From assembly GCA_963806855.1 (NCBI GenBank), contig CAWDYW010000003.1:288001-352000 (forward strand): a stretch of DNA of 64,000 bases, written 5' to 3'. The position numbers and the translations under genes are program-made. The stretch's first letter is position 1, and each line of letters begins with the position of its first letter. Under the pieces are notes generated by a model. It was not told the origin of the DNA. It did not search any database and saw only the letters and a program-made list of their open reading frames with translations. The stretch is from an uncultured Verrucomicrobiae bacterium. Its GTDB lineage: Bacteria; Chlamydiota; Chlamydiia; Chlamydiales; Rhabdochlamydiaceae. Positions 1-9,550 of the stretch are shown in pieces.

Positions 1-2516
1 AACTCTTGGGAGGCGCACAAATCGATCCATTCCAAGAAAATCTCTTGTGCCTGGGGTGTTTTCGGAACAAAGCCATACTGAGAGTAGAATTTCAATAGTT
101 TAGGGATATTGGTTAGATCGCCACTCTTGGCTTGCTCCATTTGTTCAAGACACCATCGGAGACCAACCGCGGAGAGGGCTTCTTCCCGTTGTTGAGCCAG
201 ACTCAAGTTAAATACTGCCTGAAATTCAAACTGAAGTTGCTTGGTGGGATTCCCAAACTTTTGGATTAGCGCCGGGCTTAAATCAAAGGCTCTAATTTGG
301 TGCAAGATTGCAGTGCGATTTGGGGGCGCTTGATTCGAAATGAAGTGGATTGCGTTGTTAAGGCATAGGGGGGTGAACACTGAGCTCGATTCCCCTTCTA
401 ATCTCTCCGCATAAGTGAGCGCTTCTTTTAAGAAGAAATCGACAAAAGCGTTATGTTCTAGCTTTGCCAAAAGATGTTGAATTGCATTAAGCCAATAAGG
501 CTCATCAGCCAGTTTAAACTGCTCTATCGGATGGTTCTGTAGCCAAGTCTTCCAAATCTCCTCCAAAAGCTCTTTAGGTGGAGCAGAGCGAATCAAACGA
601 TCCCAAAGTTCCCATGATGGGGGAGGGGCTTTCTTTAAGAGGGCGAGCGCTTTGCAGTGATCATTTTGCGTCAGCGCCTCATCGATTTGCTCTTCTAGAG
701 TTGGGACGCGAGGGATCAGCTCGGCGATGGATCCGGTGTTCTTGTAGGTCTCTAAATGCCTTTTCCTCTCTTCCACACCAAGTGCACGGCACTGCTGTAA
801 GCATTCTTTTTCTGTGCCAGATGTGAGCGATAGGAGTTTGTCAAATAGGGAAAGATTGGCAGGATTGCGCAAAAGGATCTCTGTTAGTATAGGCTTCCAC
901 ATTGCTTGGTCGAGAGATTTTGCATCTAGGCTTTCGACGATGACTTCGAAATCGCGGCAAGGCTCTGCACTGGCAAGTGCCATCGGCGCTACCCAACGGG
1001 CATGTTCTTCTCGGGCGATGCCTTGTGAAACGCAGAAACGGGTAAATTGCTGCCAAGAATCCTCTTTGCGTAATTGCCCTAAAATCCACGTTTGGTCGAG
1101 AGGCTCTCTCATCACAGCAGAATTGCCTGTCAGCTGAGCAAAAGTGGCGTAGGCTTTAGCGACACGAAATTTTTGCTCTCTCGATAGTCGTTGTCCTGGA
1201 CGGGTAATCCTCATTTCAAAACAAGGGGTCGCCTCTGTCACCGTTGCAACGGTTTCGAGGACTTTGACCACCTCTTCAAGGGAAGAATCCCCCTTTTGCA
1301 AATGAATCAGCAAAAGGGCCAGTCGATCCCATCGTTTCCATCCGAGAGCTTCTTTCACCAAAAGATCTGCTAAGCGAGGAGAAGAGCTGAGGTCCCTAAG
1401 ATGATGGTCTATAAGCTCTCTTACTTTCGGCTCGTAGCTAATCGCAAAGGAAAAGGGTGGGTTTTGCCCCTTCATACGGATCAAATAGGCGCCGAGTAAA
1501 TTGAGCCGCTCCTCGGGTGAGAGGCGAATTGCTTTCGGATCACATAGTTTACAAACCAAACAGAGTGCAAAAGGAAGCGCTTCTTCGGGCATTGTAGCAG
1601 CAGCTCTTTCTAGAAATTCTGGCCGCTTCTCAATTTGCTCATCACTCCAGACTTTGGAGAGGACTGAAAGATCTCTGCAGGTGAGAAGCTCCTCAAAAAC
1701 TTCTTGTCTGCTCTCTTTTTCAATTAAAGGTGCAAAACGTGTTCCAGCAAAGACCTCTTTCATGCCGGGCTTATCGATAAGGTCAGGCAGAGTTAGTGCT
1801 GGGACGATATCGGCAGGATCCCAACCCGCGCACTTTAACAAAAAGAGAAATCGGGTCGCTGTGGCAAAGTCTTCATATCTGCAAAAACCTTGGTAGAGCT
1901 CGATAAGCTGAGACTGAGCCGCTCGTATCAGAGTTTGTGGAGGGGCAGCGGGTAAGGTGGGCAAAAACAATGCCATTGCTTTTGCGAGGCAGGCGAGGGT
2001 GGCTGGTTCATTAACTTTGAGGTTGTGGGATAGGTTTTCTAATGTGTGCGTGAGGTCTAGAGGCAGCACGAGGTAAAGAGGGGGATCATGATCCCATCTG
2101 ATCTCAACTAGCTCTTCTGAGACTCTTCTGCAATGGGATCCATTACTCGCTTCTAAATAACCAACCAGCTGCAAAACGGAAACGATGAGGTTAAAATCAT
2201 GAGACACAAAGAATTGGCCAAGAGGAGTGCTCAGAGTGATTGTTGAGCATCGTGGCGGAGGCACTTGCAGCCGACAAAACAGCGGGTGGGCATTGAAAAA
2301 AAATGCCATGAGCGACTCATCCCCCTTAGGAAAATCCAATTTCCCCAGAGTAAAAGCTGTGGTCAGCTCCATTGGGGTCAAATTCTCCGGAGGGTTGGCG
2401 CCAGAAAAGCCCTTCGTCGTGAGATTGACCCAATACCTCTTTAATTCTTCTGTTCGAGGATGAGCGACGGCAACCGCTTGAGCTTCAGGAGTTGGATTGA
2501 GAGCTACAGGTCTCAT
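1..2516 (-). CDS. Large hypothetical protein (>830 aa), 3' end runs off the window; not in the ORF track
   Basis: ATG at 2516 just after the ndk stop (MRPVALNPTPEAQAVAVAHPRTEELKRYW...). The frame is open in every segment I translated (~2516-1860, 1200-1141, 720-661, 50-1), but not every codon was checked. Leu-rich, no recognisable motif. Confidence 0.8.
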   Translation of the reverse strand, partial: MRPVALNPTPEAQAVAVAHPRTEELKRYWVNLTTKGFSGANPPENLTPMELTTAFTLGKLDFPKGDESLMAFFFNAHPLFCRLQVPPPRCSTITLSTPLGQFFVSHDFNLIVSVLQLVGYLEASNGSHCRRVSEELVEIRWDHDPPLYLVLPLDLTHTLENLSHNLKVNEPATLACLAKAMALFLPTLPAAPPQTLIRAAQSQLIELYQGFCRYEDFATATRFLFLLKCAGWDPADIVPALTLPDLIDKPGMKEVFAGTRFAPLIEKESRQEVFEELLTCRDLSVLSKVWSDEQIEKRPEFLERAAATMPEEALPFALCLVCKLCDPKAIRLSPEERLNLLGAYLIRMKGQNPPFSFAISYEPKVRELIDHHLRDLSSSPRLADLLVKEALGWKRWDRLALLLIHLQKGDSSLEEVVKVLETVATVTEATPCFEMRITRPGQRLSREQKFRVAKAYATFAQLTGNSAVMREPLDQTWILGQLRKEDSWQQFTRFCVSQGIAREEHARWVAPMALASAEPCRDFEVIVESLDAKSLDQAMWKPILTEILLRNPANLSLFDKLLSLTSGTEKECLQQCRALGVEERKRHLETYKNTGSIAELIPRVPTLEEQIDEALTQNDHCKALALLKKAPPPSWELWDRLIRSAPPKELLEEIWKTWLQNHPIEQFKLADEPYWLNAIQHLLAKLEHNAFVDFFLKEALTYAERLEGESSSVFTPLCLNNAIHFISNQAPPNRTAILHQIRAFDLSPALIQKFGNPTKQLQFEFQAVFNLSLAQQREEALSAVGLRWCLEQMEQAKSGDLTNIPKLLKFYSQYGFVPKTPQAQEIFLEWIDLCASQE

Positions 2517-2518
2517 CT

Positions 2519-2944
2519 CTAACGAGAGAGGATCTCTTGTGGTTTAAAGAAGAAAGGGATCTCAGTCTTGGCCGTTTCAGGGCTATCAGATCCATGCACC
2601 GCATTTTTGTCGATTGTCTTCGCAAAGTCAGCGCGGATTGTCCCTGGAGCGGCTTCTTTGGGGTTTGTCGCACCCATCAGCTCCCGGTTTTTGGCAATCG
2701 CATTTGGACCTTCGAGGACCATCACCACGATGGGACCAGAGATCATTAAAGCGACCAGTTCGCCGAAGAAGGGGCGATGAGCATGGACGTTGTAGAAGGC
2801 CTTAGCTTGGTCGATAGTGAGCAACAACATTCTGGCTGCAACCACTTTGAGGCCAGCTTTTTCGAAGCGACTGATGATCGCTCCAATATTATTGTCACCC
2901 ACCGCATCAGGTTTAATGATCGAAAGTGTGCGTTCAGTTGTCAT
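2519..2944 (-). CDS. ndk: Nucleoside diphosphate kinase
   Basis: [20 protein letters not shown] and catalytic NAVHGSDS motifs. Confidence 0.98.
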   Translation of the reverse strand: MTTERTLSIIKPDAVGDNNIGAIISRFEKAGLKVVAARMLLLTIDQAKAFYNVHAHRPFFGELVALMISGPIVVMVLEGPNAIAKNRELMGATNPKEAAPGTIRADFAKTIDKNAVHGSDSPETAKTEIPFFFKPQEILSR

Positions 2945-2998
2945 TAGAAATACTCCTTGAATTTTCAGCGTGTTTGATTATAGACTAGTCACGAATTT

Positions 2999-4057
2999 AT
3001 GTCCTATGGAAATTATCCAGATTTGACAGGCGTGCGCCGGATCCTAGTGATCAAGTTGCGCCATTTGGGAGATGTGCTCCTTTCAGCTCCCGTTTTTTCC
3101 TATTTAAAAAAAGTTTTCCCGCACGCCCAAATCGATGGCTACATCTGGGAAGAGGCTCATCCCATGCTCGATGGCCATCCCGCCATTTCCAATTTGATCC
3201 TCCATAACCGGAAATGGAAAAAGCTCCCTCTTTGGGCCCGGATGCGAAATGAGATGGGGCTGCTGAGAAAAATTCGATCAGAAAAATATGACCTTGTCGT
3301 CAACCTCACCGAAGGGGACCGGGGAGTGATTGCTGCGGCAGTGAGCGGCGCTAAAGTCAGAGTGGGGCTCGATCCTAAGGGGAAAAAGCGCAAGCTGCTC
3401 ACACACCTGGTCAAACCGTGCCCCACTTACCGCCATACGGTCGAGAGAGACCTCGATGCGCTGCGCAGGATTGGTCTTTTCCCCGAACTCGATGAACGGG
3501 AGCTATTCTTCCATGTGCCCGAGGAGGCGCGCCGCTTTGCAAAAGAGCGGATGGGGGATGAGCCCTTCGTTGTCGTCCATGCTCCCTCCCGCTGGCGCTT
3601 TAAGTGCTTGCCGCCGCAGCTGATGGCCCAAGTCATCGACGAGCTAGGTGAAAAAGTCGTATTGACCGGAGCCCCCTCCGAGAGAGAATTCGTCCAAGAA
3701 GTGGCGGATTTGACTAAAGGAGATGCGATCAACTTAGCCGGCGAGACCTCCTTGAAAGAGATGGGAGCGCTAATGCAGCTTTCAAAAGGGGTGATTACTG
3801 TCGATTCGGTCGCGCTTCATATGGCGTCTGCCCTGAAAGTGCCCACGGTCGCCATCTTCGGCCCTACTTCAGAGAAGAATTGGGGCCCTTGGCAAAATCC
3901 ACCGAGCGCCGTTGTAGCCCAAACACGCGAGTGCCGTCCCTGTCACCTAGACGGGTGCGGCGGAAGCAAGCGGAGTGATTGCCTTTGGACCTTATCCGCA
4001 GACGAGATTGTCCGGGCATTTAAGGCTGTTTCAGATGAGATAAACGCAATTGTATAA
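2999..4057 (+). CDS. GT9 LPS heptosyltransferase (WaaQ/RfaQ-like)
   Basis: RRILVIKLRHLGDVLL, DSVALHMASAL, AIFGPT GT9 motifs. Confidence 0.9.
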   Translation: MSYGNYPDLTGVRRILVIKLRHLGDVLLSAPVFSYLKKVFPHAQIDGYIWEEAHPMLDGHPAISNLILHNRKWKKLPLWARMRNEMGLLRKIRSEKYDLVVNLTEGDRGVIAAAVSGAKVRVGLDPKGKKRKLLTHLVKPCPTYRHTVERDLDALRRIGLFPELDERELFFHVPEEARRFAKERMGDEPFVVVHAPSRWRFKCLPPQLMAQVIDELGEKVVLTGAPSEREFVQEVADLTKGDAINLAGETSLKEMGALMQLSKGVITVDSVALHMASALKVPTVAIFGPTSEKNWGPWQNPPSAVVAQTRECRPCHLDGCGGSKRSDCLWTLSADEIVRAFKAVSDEINAIV

Positions 4058-4068
4058 ATTTTTTTGCA

Positions 4069-4125
4069 AAAAGTGACAATTTTGTCACTTTTGTTCTGCA
4101 AAAAGTGACAAAAATGTCATTTTTT
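4069..4125. terminator. Two tandem AT-rich hairpins (AAAAGTGACA...TGTCA(C/T)TTTT) between convergent genes
   Basis: AAAAGTGACAA-TT-TTGTCACTTTT, then AAAAGTGACA-AAAA-TGTCATTTTT; TGCAAAAAGTGACAA is directly repeated. Confidence 0.5.
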
Positions 4126-4167
4126 GTCAAGCATCTAATAATCAATGAGTTTTGCGAGCTACCTCTA

Positions 4168-5079
4168 CTAATTGAAATACTGGTAGACTTTCAGCTTAGC
4201 TGGTTTGCTTTTGACCGTTGGAAGTGGATTGCCCCGGATATCAAGCTCTCGCAGCTTAGTGAGCTTACCGAACCCTTTCGGGAAAGAGGAGAGTTGATTG
4301 TCCTTAAGATCGAGTATCCTCAGGCGGGAGAGGGTGCAGATCTCATCAGGGAGCATAGTGAATTGGTTATTGCTAAGAAAAAACGTCTCTAAGTGAACAA
4401 GTTTATCGATCTGGGCTGGTAACCAAGAGAGTTGTTTATTGCGAAGATCCAGTTTTCTCAGCTGAGCAAGCACGGTGTGGTTTTCTGCTGACCATCCGCT
4501 GAATTCCTTTGCTTTGTTGATTGCGTCTTGCGAATTTTTTAGTTGTGTCATACGAGGTCCTTCTAAATGAAGTCCAGGTATTTGCCTTTTGATTTCTTTA
4601 ACTAATTTTCTCCAAAAAACAAGTGTATCTCGAGCTTCAAGCCAATTTTGGAGATGTTCGATCTGTGCAATAGTTGGCTCTTTTAAGATGAGATTGATGT
4701 CGCTTGGTCGATCTGAAATAGCAGTGACTTTTGTTTGCAATTGCCTAATAAAGATCTGTAGTTGATCGCTAATTGCTGAGGTCCCTTTTAACGGGCATTT
4801 TAACCTAATCGCAGTGGGTCTCAGTACATAATCGGCGGTGACCTTTTGCTGCCAGGATCTTGATGTAGAGCCGAGCTTAGCGAGGTCGGGAAGATCGAGT
4901 TTTGATAAGATTAGATCCATTGGAACATCCGGTAATAATTCTAATGGGAACGGTTCAGTTGGGGTTGAGGCTTGATAAGTGTGTCTGGAGCTGGAGCCAG
5001 TCCTGCGGTGCTTCGATGGAGATGTGTCGTTTCGCTGATCTATATATGCAGAATTTTTATCACTCAGAATTGAATTCAT
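4168..5079 (-). CDS. F-box plus leucine-rich-repeat protein (eukaryote-like effector candidate)
   Basis: F-box LELLPDVPMDLILSKLDLPDLAKLGSTSRSW; C-terminal LRRs (LRKLDLRNKQLSWLP, LRILDLKDNQLSSFP, LRELDIRGNPL). Confidence 0.88.
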   Translation of the reverse strand: MNSILSDKNSAYIDQRNDTSPSKHRRTGSSSRHTYQASTPTEPFPLELLPDVPMDLILSKLDLPDLAKLGSTSRSWQQKVTADYVLRPTAIRLKCPLKGTSAISDQLQIFIRQLQTKVTAISDRPSDINLILKEPTIAQIEHLQNWLEARDTLVFWRKLVKEIKRQIPGLHLEGPRMTQLKNSQDAINKAKEFSGWSAENHTVLAQLRKLDLRNKQLSWLPAQIDKLVHLETFFLSNNQFTMLPDEICTLSRLRILDLKDNQLSSFPKGFGKLTKLRELDIRGNPLPTVKSKPAKLKVYQYFN

Positions 5080-5108
5080 TTTTTCCTTTATTTATTAATA
5101 ATAAGCTT

Positions 5109-5137
5109 ATTGTAATTAGTATATATATTAATGTCAA
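5109..5137 (-). promoter_or_regulatory. sigma70/sigma66-type promoter of the F-box-LRR gene
   Basis: TTGACA-N17-TACAAT on the minus strand, ~30 nt upstream of the ATG. Confidence 0.6.
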
Positions 5138-5236
5138 TTCTGTTTTTTAAAGATTAATATACTGCAATTAAAGTTAATTAGATTGATTTGCGATAATAAA
5201 TTGAAAAGTTGGGGGAATTCGACAGGCAGACGCCGT

Positions 5237-5273
5237 CGAAAATAGACTGAACCTGAGTTTTGCGAGCTGCCGC
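5237..5273 (+). repeat. Degenerate half copy of the palindromic element at 40012-40181
   Basis: cgaaaatagactgaacctgagttttgcgagctgccgc aligns with cgaaaatcgacagaacctgagttttgcaactgcctc (right arm of the 40 kb element). Confidence 0.65.
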
Positions 5274-6815
5274 TTAACTAAGCTGGGAAGCTTCTTCCCT
5301 CATTTCCTCTTGTACAGCAACGGCTTGTAGTTCGGCTTGATCGCTCTTGACTTTGAACTCTTTCGAGATATGGCGGACTGAGAAGATCCAAGCGGTAAAC
5401 ACGGCAACTAAGATTCCGGCGATGAAGGGGGTGGAGAGGGCGATGCTGCCTGTCCCCAAGATCAGCGCTTGATAGGTCAAGGATGCGCCCGATTTGCCGA
5501 CTCCAGAGCCGAGGCCGTCGATGGCCGCTTTTCCGCGGAGGCGCGCTTCGGGTTCGAGCGCCAAGAAGGCGAGCTCTTTGGAGGCATCGAAGACAGAGTA
5601 TTTGCCCGCTTTTGAGAGGCAGTTCTGCAGCGAGCCGAAATAGACGGTCATGACGAGTGGTGTGACGCCGAAAAGGGAGACGGCGAATCCGGTCAGGGCA
5701 TTTTCGAAGAACATGAAGCTGAAGAAACCAATTGCCATCAGGACCATGACCGCTGGGGTGAGCATGGCGACAAAGGTCCAGCCGAGGCGGCGTACCATCA
5801 CGGAGAAGAGGACCCCGCCGATGGTGGCGATGCAGCCGATGCCGATGGTCACCATGTTCATGTGACGGAGGATTTCATCGGGGGTAAATTGCTTTTTGAG
5901 TTGGGCCTTCCACAGGACGTCGGTGAAGTTGATCGCGATATTGAAGCCGAGGACGATCAACGCCAGGCAGGTGAGGTAGCGCGACTTGGAGATGTAGCGG
6001 ATGCAGTCGCGGACCGAGAGCCGCTTTTTGTTGCTGTTTTTGACCGATTCGGCATGGCTATCGACTGTTTCTGGTTCAAAGGGGACGACTCTCCGGTTGA
6101 TCCAGTAGAAGAGGGCCATGGCCATGACGGCGAAGATGCTGACGAGGACGATTGAGGAGGTGAGCGATTGCTGCATGGGGTCGGCGGATCTCGAAGTGAA
6201 GACCAGGCTGCTGGCGATCAGTCCGAGGAAGCCGCCAAAGATGGGGGAGAGGTTGGAGCCGATATTGAGCAGGCCGTAGCACCGTTTGGCTTGGGGAAGG
6301 GGGGTGATGTCGTTGGCAAAGCCCCAAAAGAGGACAGTGAGGACAATAACCGACCAGAGCTCGGCGATTACATAGAACAGGGTGACCGACCAGTTGCTGA
6401 TCATCGAGATGAGGCCATTGAATCCCGAGGGCAAAATCCCTTTCAAGGTGGCGTCGAGGCTGGTTAGGTGGAGCGTTTCGCTATTGGGGAATAGGACAAA
6501 GGCGTAGAGCAGATAGTAGGCGACAAAGCTGCTGACGAGGATATAAAAGACGTTTTCTCGGCTGAAGAAACTGCGCAGCTTGGTGTAAAACCAGGTGCCG
6601 ATGATTGCGCCGGGGAGCATCCCATAGACTTTGATGAAGGGGATCGCTTCAGCGCCAGAGGCAGCCAAGTTGACCGAGTCTTTCAGGTTGCGCAGGATGC
6701 TGTAGCAGATGCACAAGAGAAAGAACATCACTCCCATCGAAATGATTTTTTTCATTTCATTTCTGTGAACAGGCCAAGCAACTGAGCGCCAAAAACCAAA
6801 TTTTTTATCCGACAT
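5274..6815 (-). CDS. Nucleotide transport protein (NTT/TLC, ATP/ADP translocase family); substrate unknown
   Basis: YSILRNLKD, FYVIAELW, FWGFAN.IT...AKR.Y, KYSVFDASKE, GKAAIDG.G...GKSG; many TM helices. Confidence 0.93.
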   Translation of the reverse strand: MSDKKFGFWRSVAWPVHRNEMKKIISMGVMFFLLCICYSILRNLKDSVNLAASGAEAIPFIKVYGMLPGAIIGTWFYTKLRSFFSRENVFYILVSSFVAYYLLYAFVLFPNSETLHLTSLDATLKGILPSGFNGLISMISNWSVTLFYVIAELWSVIVLTVLFWGFANDITPLPQAKRCYGLLNIGSNLSPIFGGFLGLIASSLVFTSRSADPMQQSLTSSIVLVSIFAVMAMALFYWINRRVVPFEPETVDSHAESVKNSNKKRLSVRDCIRYISKSRYLTCLALIVLGFNIAINFTDVLWKAQLKKQFTPDEILRHMNMVTIGIGCIATIGGVLFSVMVRRLGWTFVAMLTPAVMVLMAIGFFSFMFFENALTGFAVSLFGVTPLVMTVYFGSLQNCLSKAGKYSVFDASKELAFLALEPEARLRGKAAIDGLGSGVGKSGASLTYQALILGTGSIALSTPFIAGILVAVFTAWIFSVRHISKEFKVKSDQAELQAVAVQEEMREEASQLS

Positions 6816-6821
6816 AACTTC

Positions 6822-7562
6822 CTATAATCTAAAATCTTCTCCAAAATAAGAAGATCTGGCTTCTTTGTTTTCTAATAATTCATTTACAGATCCCGACAGG
6901 AGGACTTTTCCCTCTTGGATCAGATAGCTCCGATCGGCAATTGAGAAAATTTCCCGCGCGTTGTGGTCGGTAATCAAAATGCTAATTCCCTTCTGCTTGA
7001 GATGTTTAATCATTTTTTTGACATCGATCACAGCTAAGGGGTCTATATTGGCAAACGGTTCGTCGAGCAGGAGCAGAGAGGGTTCAGTCACAAGCGCCCG
7101 GGTGATTTCCAGACGTCGCCGCTCTCCTCCCGATAAGCTGATCGCCTTATGCTTGGCGAGCTTTTCCAGATGTAGCTCGGCTAAAAGCTCTTGGAGTTTT
7201 ACCTTGCGCTGCTCATTGCTCAAGGGGAGCGTCTCCAGAATGCAGAGGATGTTCTCTTCCACCGTCATTTGCCTAAAAATCGAAGGTTCCTGTGCCAGAT
7301 ACCCCATCCCGAGGCGAGCCCGCTCATGCATGGGTAAAGTGGTCACATCTTTGTTTTTAAAGTAGACAGTCCCAGAGGCCGGCTCGATCAGTCCAATCGT
7401 CATATAAAACGCGGTCGTTTTGCCTGCTCCGTTGGGACCGAGCAGCCCCACTACTTCCCCCTCTCGCACTTGGAAAGAAAGGCCGGAGACGACAGATTTT
7501 CCCCCATAGGATTTAGTCAGGTTCTGCACTTTTAGGATGATCGGTTTAGCGGTGTCGTTCAT
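6822..7562 (-). CDS. lptB: LPS export ABC transporter ATPase
   Basis: GLLGPNGAGKTT, GYLAQEPSIFR, LSGGERRRLEI, ILITDHN; lies in a kdsA operon. Confidence 0.95.
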   Translation of the reverse strand: MNDTAKPIILKVQNLTKSYGGKSVVSGLSFQVREGEVVGLLGPNGAGKTTAFYMTIGLIEPASGTVYFKNKDVTTLPMHERARLGMGYLAQEPSIFRQMTVEENILCILETLPLSNEQRKVKLQELLAELHLEKLAKHKAISLSGGERRRLEITRALVTEPSLLLLDEPFANIDPLAVIDVKKMIKHLKQKGISILITDHNAREIFSIADRSYLIQEGKVLLSGSVNELLENKEARSSYFGEDFRL

Positions 7563-8965
7563 TTGCTATCCCCCTTGTAGAACGGGAACAGTTTTTTCAG
7601 GAGTTCATTTTCGCTCGAGGAGAAAGCGAAGCGGACGTTGCCCACCCCTTTGACGATCTCCTTCTGATCGACACGGTCAATATGCACCTCGCGGGCGCTA
7701 ATCGACAAATCTTGGGTTCTGTCCCAAAACAGCACGTTTCCCCCATCTTTCGAGCTGAGCACCATTTTCTCCTCGGCAGGGAAGTAGACAAATTGGTCAG
7801 CCTTGGCGCAGCGGGATCCCGATTCTTCAATCTGCAACTGGACATTGCCACTCAGATGCAGCTTTTCGGGGTCATAATCATTCGAATAAGCCAGTTCTGC
7901 ATGATCGGAGCAAAGTTTCATCTGATCATGAAAGTATTCAATGGGGTGGTTTTGCGGACTCTCCAGCGTGAGCAGTAGCCGCTCTTGATCGAGTCGCATC
8001 TGGCCATAGCAGATCAGCAGCTGCTTAAATCTAGTGGTCAACTCTGTTTTCCCTTTCGCCACCATGCTACTTAAAATCCACTTGCCCTCTTGCTGCTTCT
8101 GATAGAGCTCCACTTCCTCATCACAATGGAGCGTGCCGAGCTCTTCGTCGCTCACCGAGACATCGCCCTGGAGCGTCAGCTGCTGCGGCTCATTTTCCCA
8201 TGTCATTTTCTTGCAGGAGAACTTCATCCCACGCGGATTCAGTACACCTTTTACCGCCATCAGCACAGCCGTCGAGGTATTGGGGAAGAGTTCCACCCTT
8301 TCGGCCTCGATCAGATCGTCATGATGAGAGAGCTTGCAATTAGGCATCGCCGTGATATGAGGACTGGCGTCGTTGACATAGGTCGCATGATCGGCGTCGA
8401 GAGTGAAATCGGCGCCGTACTCCACCTGCACCTGGCCATCGGCATCGAGTTTGCGCACCTTGTACGAGTCGCCCTCTTTCGCAAATTCGAGATCGGCCTG
8501 CGTGCTGGCGAGCGTGAAATGGTCTGGCCCGAGATTGACAAACTTGATCAATTGACCTGCTTCAGGGAGCAGCTTGCCCGTCATCGCGATGAAATTGAGG
8601 TCGGCTGTAGCGCACGAGATCTTCCCTAAATTCTTTAACGTAATGAGCACATCTTCCCGCAGAGCGATCGACGAGAACGGCCCATCTTTTTCCTCTTTTT
8701 CTAAGCGGGCGCTTCCCGAAGCCAATTTCCCTAGAGCATGATCGACAAGAACATTGCCATTCAGAACAAGCGCATTGCCGTCATAGGAGGCCTTTTTCGA
8801 CGAAATTTCGGCCGCACTTAGCAGAATTGGAAACAGGAGAAGGGCAGTTTTAACGCAAAGACGCAAAGGCGCAAAGACGCAAAAAGAATTATTTTTTTCT
8901 TTGCGTCTTTGCGCCCTTTGCGTCTTTGCGTTGAAAAGGGGCTGTACTATAGAGGCGAGTTTCAT
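7559..8965 (-). CDS. LptA/OstA-like beta-jellyroll periplasmic protein
   Basis: Position between kdsA/lptC-like gene and lptB; repeated L.L.GNV beta motifs; signal-peptide-like LLLFPILLSAA. Confidence 0.6.
   Translation of the reverse strand: MKLASIVQPLFNAKTQRAQRRKEKNNSFCVFAPLRLCVKTALLLFPILLSAAEISSKKASYDGNALVLNGNVLVDHALGKLASGSARLEKEEKDGPFSSIALREDVLITLKNLGKISCATADLNFIAMTGKLLPEAGQLIKFVNLGPDHFTLASTQADLEFAKEGDSYKVRKLDADGQVQVEYGADFTLDADHATYVNDASPHITAMPNCKLSHHDDLIEAERVELFPNTSTAVLMAVKGVLNPRGMKFSCKKMTWENEPQQLTLQGDVSVSDEELGTLHCDEEVELYQKQQEGKWILSSMVAKGKTELTTRFKQLLICYGQMRLDQERLLLTLESPQNHPIEYFHDQMKLCSDHAELAYSNDYDPEKLHLSGNVQLQIEESGSRCAKADQFVYFPAEEKMVLSSKDGGNVLFWDRTQDLSISAREVHIDRVDQKEIVKGVGNVRFAFSSSENELLKKLFPFYKGDSK
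8852..8932. repeat. 81-bp CGCAAAG-based inverted repeat inside the 5' end of the LptA-like gene
   Basis: aacgcaaagacgcaaaggcgcaaagacgcaaa ... ctttgcgtctttgcgccctttgcgtctttgcgtt. Confidence 0.85.
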
Positions 8966-9543
8966 TCTTTCACCACCGTCGCTTCAAAATTTTCAGCCTG
9001 AAATTGAGGTGTCTTGCCGCTGAAGATCACCGAAATATCTTTTGCAATGCCGCTCAAGAACGGTTCGTCGCTCTCCAGAGGCTCAAGAGGAAGCACGTGG
9101 CCTGGCAGTTTAAAGAGCGAAAGGAGCACGCTATTAGCGGTAAATTCTTGTGTCGTATACCGATACAACCCCGTCTCTGCTTCAATCAGCCGCGCCTGTT
9201 GCATCGGCCCCTGTCCCTCTCGCGAGAGTTTATCTTGCATCCAGCATTTCACACCCTGCAGCGACTCAACGACATCGAGTTTATTGCCAATCGGTGTCAA
9301 ACTGAGTAGCGAGCCAGCGCTGGCAATTTGGTAGTGGAGGCGTGAGCCATCGCTGTGCGCAAACCAGATATCTTTGCGTACCTGCTTGCGGTGTTGATTG
9401 GTCTGGGAGGGGACTTCCGAAGAGGCGATATCCCGTTCTCGGATCATGTCGTTAAAGCGGCTTACATCGGAAGAGCGGAGAATGGCTATCTGATAAATCC
9501 ATACACCGATCGCCGGCATTAAGATCGCAAGTAAGATAGTCAT
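8962..9543 (-). CDS. Membrane-anchored protein, positional LptC candidate
   Basis: N-terminal TM helix, beta-rich body, position between kdsA and the LptA-like gene. Confidence 0.5.
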   Translation of the reverse strand: MTILLAILMPAIGVWIYQIAILRSSDVSRFNDMIRERDIASSEVPSQTNQHRKQVRKDIWFAHSDGSRLHYQIASAGSLLSLTPIGNKLDVVESLQGVKCWMQDKLSREGQGPMQQARLIEAETGLYRYTTQEFTANSVLLSLFKLPGHVLPLEPLESDEPFLSGIAKDISVIFSGKTPQFQAENFEATVVKE

Positions 9544-9550
9544 TTTCTTC

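Noticed and set aside
578..2463. Several short plus-strand ORFs
   Set aside because: They are antisense shadows of the long minus-strand ORF starting at 2516
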